From the human T2T-CHM13v2.0 reference genome, Homo sapiens: a stretch of DNA of 64,000 nucleotides. Both the position numbers and the translations under genes were made by a program. Location: assembly GCF_009914755.1 (NCBI RefSeq), contig NC_060947.1; one strand, 5' to 3'. Shown piece after piece: positions 12,930-26,780 of this stretch. The notes beneath the pieces are model-generated. The model was not told the DNA's origin. It did no database searches and saw nothing but the letters and a program-made list of their open reading frames with translations. Position 1 is the stretch's first letter, and each line of letters begins with the position of its first letter.

Positions 12930-14390
12930 CTGTGGATGCTTACTCTCCTGCTTTAAATTTTCATTAGTTCCTCAACGACTACTGGGTAAAGTATAAAGTC
13001 TTTAACTTTGATACTGGTGAAAACAATTTTAGATCTCTTTTCCCACCATTTTTACCACACACTTTAGCTACTTCTTACAATTCCCAGTAATTCTATGATC
13101 TTTCATTGTTCTCTGCTTTTGTTCATACTGTTTCCCCTGCCTAGAACGGCTTTCGTATAAATCTCTCATGAATTTTCACTCATTCTTCCAGATCCATCTT
13201 AAATTTTACCTCTTTTATGAAGCCTTTCATGGCACAAAAAAATACTGGAGAGTCTTGCTGGAATTCTCTCCTTGGGCTCAGTGGAGACTTTGCGCCTACT
13301 GTACAGAAGCTGCTTGAAGAATACATGTAATTCTGGCCTAGTAAACAAAAATACTAGACTCTAGAAGGGCAGAAATATTATCTTTTATCCATATGTCCTA
13401 TTGACTTTTAAAAATAACACTGACGCTAAAGTCATTATCTCTCCCCTAAGTTCATTCCTCCTTCTAAACTCCTGATTGTAAATTATGACATCATTATCTT
13501 AGTCTCTCAAATTTAAAGGTGCAGACTTCTCTGATTCTCTTCTCTCCCTCCATACAACCCATGTCCACTTAGTCTTTATGCTCTACAGCTTATACCTTAG
13601 ACTCATCTCTAAAATCAATCATTGTCATCCCATCATCACTAACATCACTTCTTGCCTAGGTTATTGCAACAGCTCTTAAACAGTCTTTCCTCCTCCAGTA
13701 CTGTCACCTTTTTATCCATGCTCCAGACTCCTACCAGAGTAATATTTCCAAAATGCAAAACTGACCATGTTACTATTGGAAGTCAAATCCTCTAATGGCT
13801 CCCCATCGTCTTCACTATAAAGTCCAAAAATGTTATCATGGCATGCAGTGGCCTTTCACTTTCGACCCAAACTAGATTTCTGGGCCCGGCTTTTGCTATG
13901 CGTCCAAGAAATATTATATCATATAAACTCAATATTTTGTACAGATCTTGGGGCACACATGAAATTTCACCAAACTATGCTTCAGCACATGTGGAGTTTT
14001 TATGTCTTCACTGTTTTTCCATGCTTTCTGCCCCAACTTGTACTGATTATTCTAGATCTAGCCTGTATTACCTCATCTTATGAAGCTTCAAGTCTCATTC
14101 AAACTCCACAAAGCTGAATTAGTCCAGTAATTATTTCTTCGTTTCTACAATCATGCTTTATAAATACTTATGGCACTTATCTGGAAATAAGTCTGTATTT
14201 TCCACTAGACTATGAGCTGTTCCAGGATAGTGATCTGCCTTCATTCACCTCTATTGTACTCTGCACCTACTGCAGAGTCTAACCCAAGGTCATTCCAAAA
14301 ACATCCACTTAGTGCCTCCTAACTGTATTTTTAACAGCTCTTACTGCCGAAGGGGGCACAGAAATTCAGTAAATGCTTGTTGAGGAATTA
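12930..14390 (+). mobile_element. L2 LINE fragments
   Basis: gttcatactgtttcccctgcctagaa, tgcctaggttattgcaacagctcttaa, aaaatgcaaaactgaccatgttac, ccactagactatgagctgttccagg, cagtaaatgcttgttgag. Confidence 0.75.
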
Positions 14391-14739
14391 ATTCCCCTGC
14401 TGGGTTCCAAGAAGCCTCCACTTTGTGACAAATTTCTCTCAACGGCATATGAAGTTATAACACATTTAAAATTTTTTTTTTGGTAGAAATTTTAGCTGAA
14501 CATTAAAAGTTGGTTTATTTTTGTTTTTGTAACTGAGGAAGTGACTATGTACTAAAGCAGAACTGTCATATAAATCAAGCCAAACAACCAAATGAAAATG
14601 GAAATAAATCACTTATGATACTTGGATTAAGTGTGTTCATGTCCACCTGAAGAAATGACATTAAATGATATCGTCAGCCTAGTAGCTTGAGTCTCTCACT
14701 TAAAGTAGACAAACCAGCCATTAGAAAATCCATCACCAT

Positions 14740-15130
14740 AGGGTATTTGTATATGCTGTTTTCTTATCTATTGCCTCATTTGATTTGCACAGCAATGCTG
14801 AGAAATTGACAGGAAGGTTTTGCCACATTTCTTTGTCTCTAAAATGGCTTAAATTGTAAGATGAACAATCAATTTAATTATAACTTTTCTAAGAAAACTT
14901 AAATATCATGTTAAATGGAACATAAGACTTATTCTGATTTCAGAGACTTTAAAGTATGAAAACGAAACTTTTGTATTAGACCTGAGAACATGTGGTATGA
15001 TCTCCTTTTGAAAATAGGAAAAAACTTGGTCTAGAAGACTAAGACTCATGCCACATAGTGACTAAGTAAGAGATACAGAGAAAGACTTGATTCTTTTGAT
15101 AGGTAAGATAGTCTTCTTTTTATTCTACTA
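14740..15130 (-). mobile_element. MIR SINE split by a MITE
   Basis: MIR pieces on both sides of 14823-14995. Confidence 0.5.
14823..14995. mobile_element. MER104-like TcMar-Tc2 MITE
   Basis: Imperfect terminal inverted repeats ccacatttctttgtctctaa / ttagacctgagaacatgtgg followed by TA; internal gatttcagagactttaaagtatgaaaa. Confidence 0.6.
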
Positions 15131-15412
15131 GATCTTCCTAATGTCTGGTCAATGGAATAAAAATCTTGTAGGAATGTTAATAAGAAGTGAAAGCTGTAAT
15201 TAACTCAGTTTGAGAAACTCAACGTTAAAAAATAGGTTTCTTTACTTCTCAGAGCTTTTGCTATGCTAATTAATGTCCATTATGAATTTCCAAGATAGGA
15301 CTATACTATACAGCATTGAGCAAGTTATTAGACCATATAATCTTTTTCTCCCTCTTATAAAGTATCTTGTGGGACTAGTGTTCTATGGAATGCACTTTGG
15401 AAAGCTACACTA
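15130..15412. mobile_element. MER103C-like hAT-Charlie MITE
   Basis: ggtttctttacttctcagagcttttgctatgctaat...actagtgttctatggaatgcactttggaaa. Confidence 0.65.
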
Positions 15413-15812
15413 TACCAAGACAGAATTGTATTAGCCTCCAAAAGGAATGAACCATAACTATCAATTTGTTTACTGTCACTTTCAGAGATCATATACGGTA
15501 AAGCATCAAGTGGTAAATTCAATTGCCTGAACCTTGGCTCAATTCGGCTTTTAAAAATGCTGAAGTGGGATGTTCCATTCAAGAAAAACTGAGAAAGTAG
15601 CCATCAACATCATCATCAGCCAAAGTGTTACTAATCTTTGTTATATAAAATATATTACCCAGAAACAATCAGGGTTCTCTAAAGACAGCCTCCCACTAGG
15701 AATATAATATTTTTCTTCATTTGGAAAAACCATATCCTTGAAAATGTCTAGCAAATTTTTCGTGTTGCTTTTTGAGTAACACCTATAGATATGTCTACTA
15801 GTCACTAGAAAC

Positions 15813-15965
15813 TTTCATTCATTCACCCAACAAATAATTCCTGAGAGCCTAGCATTTGCCAGGCACTATGCTGAGCAATGGGGATACAATGGTAAACAGG
15901 ACAGCTAAATCTGTGCCTTCATGATGTCCACAGTCTAGTCTAGGAAACATTGATATATAAAATAC
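15813..15965 (-). mobile_element. L2 3' end
   Basis: ttcattcattcacccaacaaataattcctgagagcctagcatttgccaggcactatgctgag. Confidence 0.8.
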
Positions 15966-16687
15966 CATCGAATAAACATTTCAGCCAAGTCTGGACATGC
16001 AAAATGCTGCAGAGCATGTGACATTTACCTGCATAATTCATATCCTAAAAAGTCTCAGACTGAAATACCTGAATCAGGGATGCTAAAAGAAAGCCAAGGG
16101 CTTACCTTAATAGAATGATTGGCCCAGCTTTTCTGCTTACATTGCCAGCAAAGTGCTGCCCTTACCAATGCAGCCTGATTCGAAAGACAAACAAAAATAT
16201 CTAACATCTTTGCTTATGCCACAATTTTATCTGCACTCCCAGTAAAGAAAAAAAATAACATTTGAAAATGCATTTACAGAAATCTACTTGCCAGGTCCTG
16301 ATTAACAATTGTTGTTTCAAAGATATTAGAATTTTCTCTAAGTTTAGTAATCCAGTGGGCTCACCATAAGGAAATTAGAGATATAAAATACCTGCTAGAC
16401 TGCTACCAATCTGTCTCTCAGCAAGTGCCACATAGCAGCAAAAACACTGAGTCCCTCACAGCATTAAAACATTAAACACTATGTTGCTGACTGAGTTTTC
16501 TTTCTCTTTTCTTTTTATTTATATGCTAACTTATATGTTTCTCCTTTTTGATACAGAAGGATACATTTATCTAATAACTTCCTTCACTGACTAAACATTT
16601 ATGTTGTTTTATTCTAAAATGATATACTATAATTATTCAAATATCTATAGACCAAGTGAACTCTCTCTTTTTCATTTTGATGAATTT

Positions 16688-17006
16688 CAGTAGTTCCCCC
16701 TTATCCATGATTTTTTTTTTGTGGCTTCAGTTACCTGTGGTCGCTGTGGTCAGAAATATTGAACAGAAATTTTCAGAAATAAGCAATTTATATGTTTTAA
16801 GTTTTATTTTAACATATTGATATAATTATTCTATTATTAGTTATTATGGTTATTCTCTTGCTGTGCCTAATGTATAAATTAAATTTTATCATAGGTATGC
16901 ATGTATAGGAAAAAAACTAGTATGTATGGTTTAGTATTATTCATGATTTCAGGCATCCAATGGGAGTCTTGGAACATAGACAATGCAGATAAGGAGGGGA
17001 CTACTT
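16688..17006. mobile_element. MER44 (Tigger7-derived) MITE
   Basis: Terminal inverted repeats cagtagttcccccttatcc / gcagataaggaggggactact; internal tttatcataggtatgcatgtataggaaaaaa. Confidence 0.85.
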
Positions 17007-17489
17007 TACTGTTTTTGCTCCTATTTCCATCTTATTCGCATTCTCTCTTTTATTACCAGCTTTGGTGTCTGATTCCAGGATTCTCATGATAGTAATTATA
17101 AGGGAGGATTTAGCACTAATGTATATGTTTGTCAAAAAGACCACAGGGCACTTATTTGTGGTGTAAATTCAAAATAGTGTTTTCTTATTTTTATGTTTTG
17201 GAACCATACTAACTTAACACAGCAGGTTATGTTGAGTGCTTCTTTCTGGTTGGGTTGGCAGGGGCTGGGCCTATCATCTGATTCATAAGCTTTCCTTAAT
17301 TCCGGCCTGAACATTGTTCAGGTCTATGAGAATGGTTTCAAGGGAGGGATGCCATGGAAAAGAATAGTCAGATTCATTTATTTCCAATTAGTGTTTGTTG
17401 AGACACTTGAGCTATCAGCTCTTGTAACTATGAATCCTTTATTAAATACAGTCAGCAGGTAATATTGTATGTGGTAAAAATTATAAGTA

Positions 17490-18185
17490 AGATCTAGAGG
17501 GTTTACTATTTGCCAAACATTTTCCTAAACACTTTACATGTATCAACTTGTTTAATTCTAATGCCCTATGGGGAGGTACTATGCCAAAATCTCAACTTCA
17601 TAGGTGGAGAAACTGAGGTACAGGAATATTTACTCATGATGACAGTTAATACATGATAAGACTTGGCTCTTGTAGCCACTAACTGCTTCAAATCCTTCCC
17701 CCCTTCCCCTGATCCACCCTTAATCACAAGCAACTACTTTCCAAGTTTCCCTTGTCCTCTGTCTTCTGAGTAGGTTTGGTATATGGGAGGCACGTATAGG
17801 AAATTGTAGAGCAGAAGCTGGAGAAAAGCCCCAGTAGACAGCCCTCTCTCCATAGCCCCAGGTCTATCTGAGCAGCTCCTTCCTGGGTTTTAGCATCAAC
17901 TAGACAGCCTAGCTTCTAGATTCTGGTAACACCACCTTCTTCCATTGCCCCTGTAGTACCAGAAGTGGAAGCAACTTCCTGTTGGTGCTAATCTCTTGAT
18001 GGCCTCGCTATCTCCTGCTTGACTTCTTGAGTCCATCACTCATTTAACCAGCCTCCAATATGAAGTTCCCTTTAGCTTAATGATCTAGATTAGTTTCTGT
18101 TTTACTGGCCAGACCCTAACAGATAAAATTTTGAATTCAGACAGTCTAGCCCCAGAGTTCATGCACTTAATTGCCATGCTATCCT
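17490..18185 (-). mobile_element. MIR SINE interrupted by an LTR
   Basis: ggtggagaaactgaggtacag before 17670 and ttgaattcagacagtctagccccagagttcatgcacttaa after 18128. Confidence 0.7.
17671..18128 (+). mobile_element. LTR33-like ERVL solo LTR
   Basis: ttctggtaacaccaccttcttcc...gcaacttcctgttggtgctaatctc...gtttctgttttactggccagaccctaacagata. Confidence 0.7.
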
Positions 18186-18319
18186 TACTCTTCCAGAGAA
18201 GAATTTCATTCCACAGAATTTTTCAAAGGGTCTAAGAGGTGAATAACCCAGACTGCAAACTATCTTCTTTAAATTATGGTTGGCTAAGGGTAGCCCATAA
18301 CTATCCCAGGGCCCCATAT

Positions 18320-18440
18320 TAGGCATTAAGCTCTGTGAGGACAGTGATTTTGCATGTTTTGTTCATTGCTGTATCTCCAGTACAGCACAATGTCTGGCAT
18401 ATAGTAGGTGCACAATACATGTTTTTTGAATCACTAATGG
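18320..18440 (+). mobile_element. L2 3' end
   Basis: taagctctgtgaggacag...gttcattgctgtatctccag...tggcatatagtaggtgcacaatacatg. Confidence 0.8.
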
Positions 18441-18559
18441 AGATCCACTTCATTTTTTTCTCATGTAAGTGAAATTGACAATAAAATTTGTCACTTGTAA
18501 TATTTATTCAGCATTATATGTGCGATAATACATTATGTGTATATTATATGTATTAATAA

Positions 18560-18830
18560 CAAACACGTGCTTGGGAATCAAACTGGCTTCAAGTCCTAGC
18601 CCTACCATTTACTAGCTGTGTGAATTTGGGCATATTACTTAATCTCTACAAGCTGCTAAAATTAGGATAATACTGGAATTTATTTCTTAGGGTTGTTGTA
18701 AGAATTAAATGAGATAATATATGTAAACTGCCTAATACAGGCCTGGAGTATGATAAATACTCGTTAAAGGGCAGTAGATGTTGTTATTACTATAGTTACG
18801 CTGTTACTATTATTATTACTATTGTTGTTG
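18560..18830 (+). mobile_element. MIR SINE
   Basis: ttcaagtcctagccctaccatttactagctgtgtgaatttgggcatattacttaatctct. Confidence 0.85.
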
Positions 18831-19729
18831 TAATTAGACTTTCTCCTTTTTGAAATGGATGCTTGTGTTGTAACATTTCCTCCAGAGTTAAAGACTGTTT
18901 TGAACTGATTTTCTGCCTACAAGACCCTTCAGCCTCTGCTTTCTCCATGCCTGCCTGCTATGGAGGCTGAAGGCCTTTAAAATTGCAGACTGAAGTCCAT
19001 CACGTTCCTGAGCCTCACTGACAGTTGAGAAGATTTTGAATTGTTTTATCTGTCCTAAACCTAATGCCAGTGTGTCTAGGACAAGCTCAGAATTAGTTAC
19101 CATGTACTTTATGAACCTCAACTTCCTTACCATTTCCTGTTATGTTTAGCCCGTGTACATAACTGGGATTACTGTCTCTGTTTCCACGTTGCACTCTTGT
19201 TTCTTTAGTGGGTCTAGATATTGAATCCCTGAATCCCTGATTATCTTTTGCTGATAGAGACATACTCCTTATTTTTGCCCTCAAACAAATGGACCTTATA
19301 GAATCACAGTGCTACCATATTTCTGCCTACAGAGATAACCATTACTTGGAAACTTCTACTAACGAACATCCATATACTATCTAATCACATTAGGCCACCC
19401 CTCCCCCTTGTAGATCTATGCTGGCTAGGTCCAAACATGCTACAGTGCTGTGGACACTAACTGCTAGCTTGCTCCTTAAGAAGGCATTGATTGCTAAACT
19501 GGTTTAGTGCCACAGCCCTGACCATGTTCTCTCCTGGATTATTTTCTTCCCCACTGGGCCTCTAAAGCCCTAGCGGCTTTTATGGCCCAGCTAATATGGG
19601 TTATAACAGTGTTTGTGCCCGCACTATATATGCAGTTAGGTACATCCCACACATTGTATAAATGAGAACGCTGAATCTATTGGATCCAAAACCATTCAGC
19701 CAGGTGTGCTCATTTGGTTATTTTCTTTT

Positions 19730-19850
19730 TTTGCATTCATTCATTCAACAAATATTTATTGAGCACCTCCTGTGTATCCTATACTAAGAACAAGAGATAC
19801 AGAGATGAATAAAGCAGATCTGTAACTTCAAGGAGCTTACCTTCTGCAAG
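19730..19850 (-). mobile_element. L2 3' end
   Basis: cattcattcattcaacaaatatttattgagcacctcctgtgt. Confidence 0.85.
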
Positions 19851-20802
19851 TTGGAGCTCACCAAGAAAACTTTCTACAAGATTCCTAGGCCCTCTGCTGT
19901 TCTTTCTATTCTTCTAGAAAATCCTTACAAAGATCATATAGCACTAGCCTACTGGCTTCCACAATAATTTCATTGCAAAAAAAAGTAAATTTTGTGTTGC
20001 TAATAACATCAGGAGTAAAACTGATTAACGCTATCATCCACCCACACACTCACATACTCACATAGTAAATTATCAGCACTCAGGGGAAATAATTATTCTC
20101 ATTTCATCAAAAACTATGGCCCCAAAGTGTCAAAGAATCTACAGATTTGGTTTTAATTTAGAATGGATGAACTGATTGCCAAGTTAATTGGCCTCATCAA
20201 GTCAGACCTTTAGCCATATTCTGTAAGTCAGGAAAATAAAATAAGTGTGATGTCAGACCAGCCTTCATGTCAGCAGCTACCCTCTCCAATCAAGCTCACA
20301 ATCCGTTCAGAATGTTCAATTCAATCCATAGCAGCTGGAATGACTAGACAAATCTCTCAAGAGCAAAAGACACCATTACTTCCTCTTGTTTGCATCATTC
20401 ACTGTCAATAGGTAATTAATCACCAGGTTCCACCTCAGCGCTATAGAAATTTTTCTCATCATTTATTATATGAATAACTAAGGAGAAAAGGTCTCCAATG
20501 ACATAATATGCATAATGTGCATTTTAATTGGAAGGCAATTTAGATATTTATTTAGACTAAGCTCATGCGCAAGTTATTTCTAATTATGGAAAGCTGCTTT
20601 GGTGGAACTAATTATGATAAATTACTAACAGCAGTTGTAAATGAGAATTATTCAGCAAAAGTCATCAATAGAGCAAAAGCCAAGTTCAGACATAGTTGTG
20701 AATGCTCTGTATGAACTTCCCATGAAATTTTTAAGAGGGCCCCTCTTGTTCTGTTTTACTAGACAATGAGTCATTGAAGTGCATTAAGATCGTCTCAGCA
20801 TT

Positions 20803-21109
<307 letters not shown>

Positions 21110-21689
21110 TCTTCTCAGCATTAGCAGCTACTGTAAGATAAAGATACATCCTAGATCCCTAGACACGGAACTCTAGATTTCTCCACAATGCACTTAATTT
21201 TTAGAAGACCTGGGGTGCTAAAACAATGCTGAAATAGCTCACGTAAGCTTCACTTTTCTCAGAAATCAATTTTATCTTGGTACAAGAGGTGCTGGGCTTG
21301 ATGGAAAGCAGTTAGATGAAAATTTACTTTTGTAAATTGTTCATTTAATCTCACATTTGCTGTCCATGAAAAATAAAAAAGTGGCAATTTCCATGTGTTC
21401 ACAAATCAAGTGCAGCAGAAGTGTACTTCTAACCATGCAAGGCCCATTTAAAAATAGGTTGGACAATCAGAGTCTTTGCTGTCCAAAACAATTTTGCCCA
21501 AGAGTCAAGCTATTTTCTGGCTTCAGACCTCATCACCAAGCACCCAGATTTTGTGCATAGTAAAATATTCTAGGGTCAGTAGAACCTCCCACTTTTGCTT
21601 GTTATTTTGAAAGTATGTACCACAGTGAAGACAGATCACTACCAGAAATCCTCGTTCCAAGCCTTCCGGAGAACGTTCTGGGTATGCAG

Positions 21690-22780
21690 CTTTTAATTTT
21701 GTTTACTTACTTAAGAACTGCAAAATGTATAGCAAATAATTCAAACCCCCTCCTATCCACTGCTCATGTTATGAAATAAAACATCACAGATATAAATGAA
21801 GCCACCCATGCATCTCTTCCTGTTTCTATACCCTTCCTTTCTCCCCAGTAAGTAGGCACTTATTGTAAATTTTTTGTTTTCTATTCCCATGCATTTTTAA
21901 TACTATACACATACACACCCATAAACAACATATAATATTTTCTTTTTGTTTTATAATATCATACTGTATGTATTTTTCCATAATTTTTTTATTCACTCAA
22001 CATTGCAGTTGTTGAGATTCATCCATAATGATGCACATAGCTCTTGTTGAATCCTTTGTACTTCTGTAAGTATTCCAGTGTATTCATATACTACAAATTT
22101 ATACACTGTTCTCTGTAGATGCACATTCAGATTATTTCCACCTTTTTGCTATTACAAATAATGCTGCTATGAGAATGTTTCCTGGCACTCATGTGAAAGA
22201 TCTTCCCTAGAGGGGGTGTATTAGTCCGTTCTTGCACTGGTATAAAGAAATAATGGAGACTGAGTAATTTATAAAGAAAAGAGATTTAATTGGCTCATGG
22301 TTCTGCAGGCTATATAGGAAGCAGAGCAGCCTCTGCTTCTCGGGAGGCCTCAGGAAGCTTCCAATCATGGCAGAAGGCAAAGGGTGAGCAAGGCATCTCA
22401 CATGGTGGCAGTAAGAGCAAGGGTGGGAGAGGCGCCACAAGATCCACAAACAACTGGATCTTGTGAGAACTCATTCACTATCATAAGAACAGCACCAAAG
22501 AGATGATGCTAAAACATTCCTGAGAAATCTGTCTCCATGATCCAATCACCTCCTATAAGGCCCCACCTCCAGCACTGAGGATTACAATTAAACATGAGGT
22601 TTGGGTAGGGCACAAATTCAAACCATATCAGGGGGAATATCTAGGGATGGAATTACTGGACTGTAGGGTATATCCACATCTTCACCTTCACCAAATGATA
22701 ACAAATTATTTTCCAGAGTAATTGTACCAATTTACATGCTTGGCAACAGTGTAAGGAGGATTCCATTGCATATTTTTCAA
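21690..22780 (-). mobile_element. Old L1 (L1ME-like) 3' fragment, interrupted by MSTA
   Basis: ttgagattcatccataatgatgcacatagc, ttttgctattacaaataatgctgctatga, ggaattactggactgtagggtat. Confidence 0.75.
22217..22630 (-). mobile_element. MSTA MaLR solo LTR
   Basis: tgtattagtccgttcttgc...caaaccatatca, complete, with perfect 5-bp TSD GGGGG (22212-22216, 22631-22635). Confidence 0.92.
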
Positions 22781-23499
22781 AAAAAAAAATTCTTCAGAAA
22801 GTTATTCCTTTGATACCTCAACATTACTTGCAAGTTCTGTTCCTATAATGCTGAATTTTTTTTTAGAAATGTAGACCTGAGCCAGTCAGCTTGATTAGCT
22901 GGGCTCCACCTGGGGAGCCAAGTGGTTACTTCAAGCTCCTACTTAGCAGCTTAGTCAATCACAGGACAAAAAAGGTGAGGCACAAGGCAGTCATCTTTCA
23001 TAGGTTCTACTCCTCCCTCTTCATTTTCAGGACCCATTGATTTGATGCCCTTCCTCTGAGCACAACCATGCCACTACTAGTCACTGCTTATGCTCCAGTC
23101 AGCTCCTATTCTCATCACGGCTTACCTGTAAATCACTTACTCATTTATTTATTCAGTCAGCTACTCAATTATTCAACAAATATATACTGAGTGCCTATAA
23201 CTTTCCAAATGTTATATCATGGGGTTGATAATGGGGGCTATATGATAAAGTTAAACATGAAGGGAAATGTCATAGTGGATAAGACTGATACCTCTCCCGC
23301 CTTATGTTCCAAATTTCCCCTTTTTATTAGAAAATATGATCAATTACAACAAGATGAGTAAGAAAAGAACAAGTACTAGTTGGGTCCCTACTATGAGTTA
23401 ATATACCCATGGCTAAAAATGACAACATGTTCACTCTTGTGCGTAAAATATTTGTACAGTGACATGGCCATCAAGGTTCTGATGCAAAGAAAAGTAAGT

Positions 23500-23740
23500 A
23501 GGGAGTAAGCCATTATTTATTAAGTACAAATATGTTTCAGGGACAAAGCTGTTATCTCCTTTTAATTCCATAACAGCACTGTGAGATAAGAATTATTATT
23601 TTTCCCATTTAGCAAAAAGAAAACTGAATCTCAAAGAAAATCAGCAACTTGCTCAAGGCCTAATAGTAAGAGACTGACCTAAGAGTTAAATCGTGATCTA
23701 ACCCTACCAGTCCATGGCCTTTTATGGCTGATAGTAGGAA
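23500..23740 (-). mobile_element. MIR SINE
   Basis: attattattttcccatttagcaaaaagaaaactgaatctcaaag...caacttgctcaaggc. Confidence 0.7.
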
Positions 23741-24239
23741 GTTTAAATACCATGAGTCAGACAAGAAAAGTGCAGTTTCCCAATCCAAGCAACTATATGC
23801 AGTCCAGACAGACAGGATGTAATTTGCTGATGTAATTTTTGCTAAGAAAACATAAAAAGAATCTTTAATCATTTTGAGTAGGCTGAGGTTCCATTGTCCC
23901 TAACAGATGGTGCCTACCTCAGGACAAGGTCACGATGCACAACTCTTGATTCACTTCCCAGTCTGTTTCATACCATGAGAGCTAAGGACTATATCTCTGG
24001 CTTTAGTGATCCTTCCATATAAGTTTCCCTAGCACCCCTAACAAAGGAAAGGGCCAAAGCAGAACTAGCTGTGACATCATAGGCAGTGCTTGAACTCTCT
24101 TTTCAATGCACAGGACTTCTCTGGATTTGACAGCTACCAATAAAACTGAGTGAAAGGAAAATTAAATGACATTTTGGAGTCAATTCCAGTGGATCTAAGA
24201 ATGGCAGCGGACAGCAACCTTGCAGCTGCTGGATAGAAC

Positions 24240-24530
24240 CTGGAAGTCAAATCTCAGCTTAAATGTCACCTCTTCTGAGAAGCCTTCCGTCAAAAGCCAA
24301 GCCTGGACTAGTGTGCTTCCACAGAGCCATGTGCTTCCCCTACCATAACACTGATCCCACTGTATTCTTTTTCTGGTTACCTGCCCATCTCTTCTGTCAA
24401 GACTGTTAGCTCTGTGAGAGGAGAGACCATACTTGTCATTTCTTTCTTATATTTATAGTGCCTAGAACATTAGCTGGTACAAAATAGGTACTGAGTATGT
24501 GTATGTAGGCTAAATTAATAAATGGACAAA
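24240..24530 (+). mobile_element. L2 3' fragment
   Basis: tctcagcttaaatgtcacctcttctgagaagccttcc...gactgttagctctgtgagagg...gtgcctagaac. Confidence 0.8.
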
Positions 24531-24649
24531 TAAAATTAGGGCTGAAGTCCATTGCCCTGTCTTCTCAGAGAAAGAGACCCAGAAGTGGTCTGATTTAAGC
24601 ATTATAAGAAGCTGGAAAGCAGGAACCCACTGATCTGCAAAACATCTAC

Positions 24650-24885
24650 AACACTTAATTAGCACTTCTTGTGTGCCAGGCACCATTCTATTTTATATTT
24701 ATTCACTTAATTAATTCTCAAAATAATTCTGTGAAGTAGGTGCTATTACTACCCCCATTTAACAGATAAGAAAACTGAGGCTTGGAAAGGTTCAATGACT
24801 CACCCAATGTCATTTCACTAGGAAGTGTTGGAGCTGGCATTTGAACCCAAAAGTGAGGCTTCAAAGTCTAGACTTTAACCACTTC
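24650..24885 (-). mobile_element. MIR SINE
   Basis: tgtgtgccaggcaccattcta...cccatttaacagataagaaaactgaggctt. Confidence 0.88.
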
Positions 24886-25139
24886 GGTAAACCACAAAAG
24901 TACAAAGGTGATCCTGGTTTTTGTACCAAGATAGAGTGCCGATAACACCACCATGTTTTCTTATGTCAAGGCCCTAAAACCTTTATTGGACTACACTTTG
25001 TAACCCTTGAGAGACATTACCCTATTCCATGGATCTATACTCCCGGACCTAATACATTTTGGTTGCTATGAGAAAGTGAGATGCTAAGCTCTGCACAAGA
25101 AGACCTGTAGTTGAGTCATACTAACATTATACTTTGGGC

Positions 25140-25380
25140 AGATTACCTGAGCTTGGGCTCTGGCATCAGACAAAACTGGGTTTGGTGAATACCTGCTCTA
25201 ACATTTACTAATGATGAGATCTTAAACTATTTAAATTATCTGAACCCTATTGTCTCATCCATAAAGAAATATTAGTATTTATCTCAAAAAATACTGTGAG
25301 CACCAAATGTGATAGATTATGTGAAATGCTTAGTAAGGTGCCTGGCACAGAGGGAATGTTCAACAAATGTAACTATTACC
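25140..25380 (+). mobile_element. MIR SINE
   Basis: gggctctggcatcagacaaaactgggtt...gtgcctggcacagagggaatgttcaacaaatgtaactattac. Confidence 0.8.
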
Positions 25381-25539
25381 TGTAGAGTTTATTTTCTTCC
25401 TCTGAAAAACAGGAATCCTGCTACATATTTCTGTTATGAGGACTAAAGGAGATAAGGAGTGTATGCCTAGCAACAGGCTGTTGCACTACTGCCTCCTTCC
25501 TCTCCTTTTCCTCTTCTGGCAATCCAGCATTAGACTTGC

Positions 25540-26780
25540 AACTATACTAAAATTACTCTTTAAAAGGTGATCTATAATTTCCAAAATGTCAATTCTAATG
25601 CTCTTTTCTTAAGTCTCATTCTATTTTCCCTGTCTGCTACATTTTTCATTATTGACCACCCCTCTTTCTTAAATTTCTCCCTTTTTAGTCGCTCTAAAAT
25701 TATATTATGTTGCTGTTACTGCTGCTGCCTTTGCTCCTGCTGCTACATAAAATATCTCCCGCACTAGAAGCTTCTCTCTTCCAGCCTCTTCAACAGATAT
25801 TTTCCAAGGTTCCAGCTCTGGGACACTCCAATTCCCACAAAGCCCACTCTTGCTAGGCAGTCACATAGCCTGCAGCTGCAAGAGCTAACTTTGTGTAAAT
25901 GAGTCCCAAATGTATGACTCTGACCTTAACCTCAACTGAGTTGAAGTCATAAATCTCTATTTCTTGCTGGATTTCAAACTTGGCAATATATCCTGCCTTC
26001 CTCCTCAAACCAGTACTTTCTGTCATGTGGTCTCACTACTCTTCCAAGCCACCAGAGCTTGAAACCCTAATAGTCCCTTTCAGTTTAGCCTTTATTATTT
26101 TTTTGTCCAAACTCTAATAGTAGTTACCAAATAAGCCTCCCCAATTTCAGTCTCAACTGGCTCTACCACATCCCTCAGCTAGCCCTGGATTCATAGACCA
26201 AATAAAGCCACCCTGAGGCCTAGAATGACACATGGATACAACAGTGACAAATTTAAAACTTCAAATACCTTAACCCAACAATGTTGTCTTCAAAGTCCTT
26301 TACTAATTCAAGTCTCTTCTAAACTTGGCAATATTATCCTCCTTAGTATTTCCAAAGTGAATCTAAACTTCACCATGGATTTTTATATGTTCAAGTTATT
26401 CTTTCTGCTTGGTCTGTCCCACATAATCCTCCCTCCCTTCAAAGACATTTATGTTTCAAAAGCACACTCATCCTTTAAGCATTCCTAGAATCCCACCTAA
26501 GTCACATAGCTATCTTCAGAGACCTCAGTGGAAATTTCTCTCTCTTTCTCTTACGATCCCACAGCACCTAAATTTTACCGCCCCCCCCCCCTCCCCGCCC
26601 CGTATAAAGATTTACATAGTCAATCTTATGTTAAATTTATTTAAATATATACCTTTCCAAAGGACTACAGTATAAGCTATTTAAGGAAAGGGGGATCCTG
26701 TATGTTTTTATTTATAAATCACCCACAGAATCAGAGGGTTTCACACATTGTAGGAGCTCAGGAAGAATTGTGTGTTTCTG
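25540..26780 (+). mobile_element. L2 LINE fragments (ORF2 region to 3' end)
   Basis: ttccctgtctgctacatttttcattattgaccacc (RT-region remnant), gagtcccaaatgtat, actacagtataagctatttaagg...gtaggagctcagg. Confidence 0.6.

Noticed and set aside
26579-26602. C-run with two CCGCCC GC boxes / minus-strand G-quadruplex
   Set aside because: An isolated homopolymer expansion in an L2 remnant with no CpG island or promoter context
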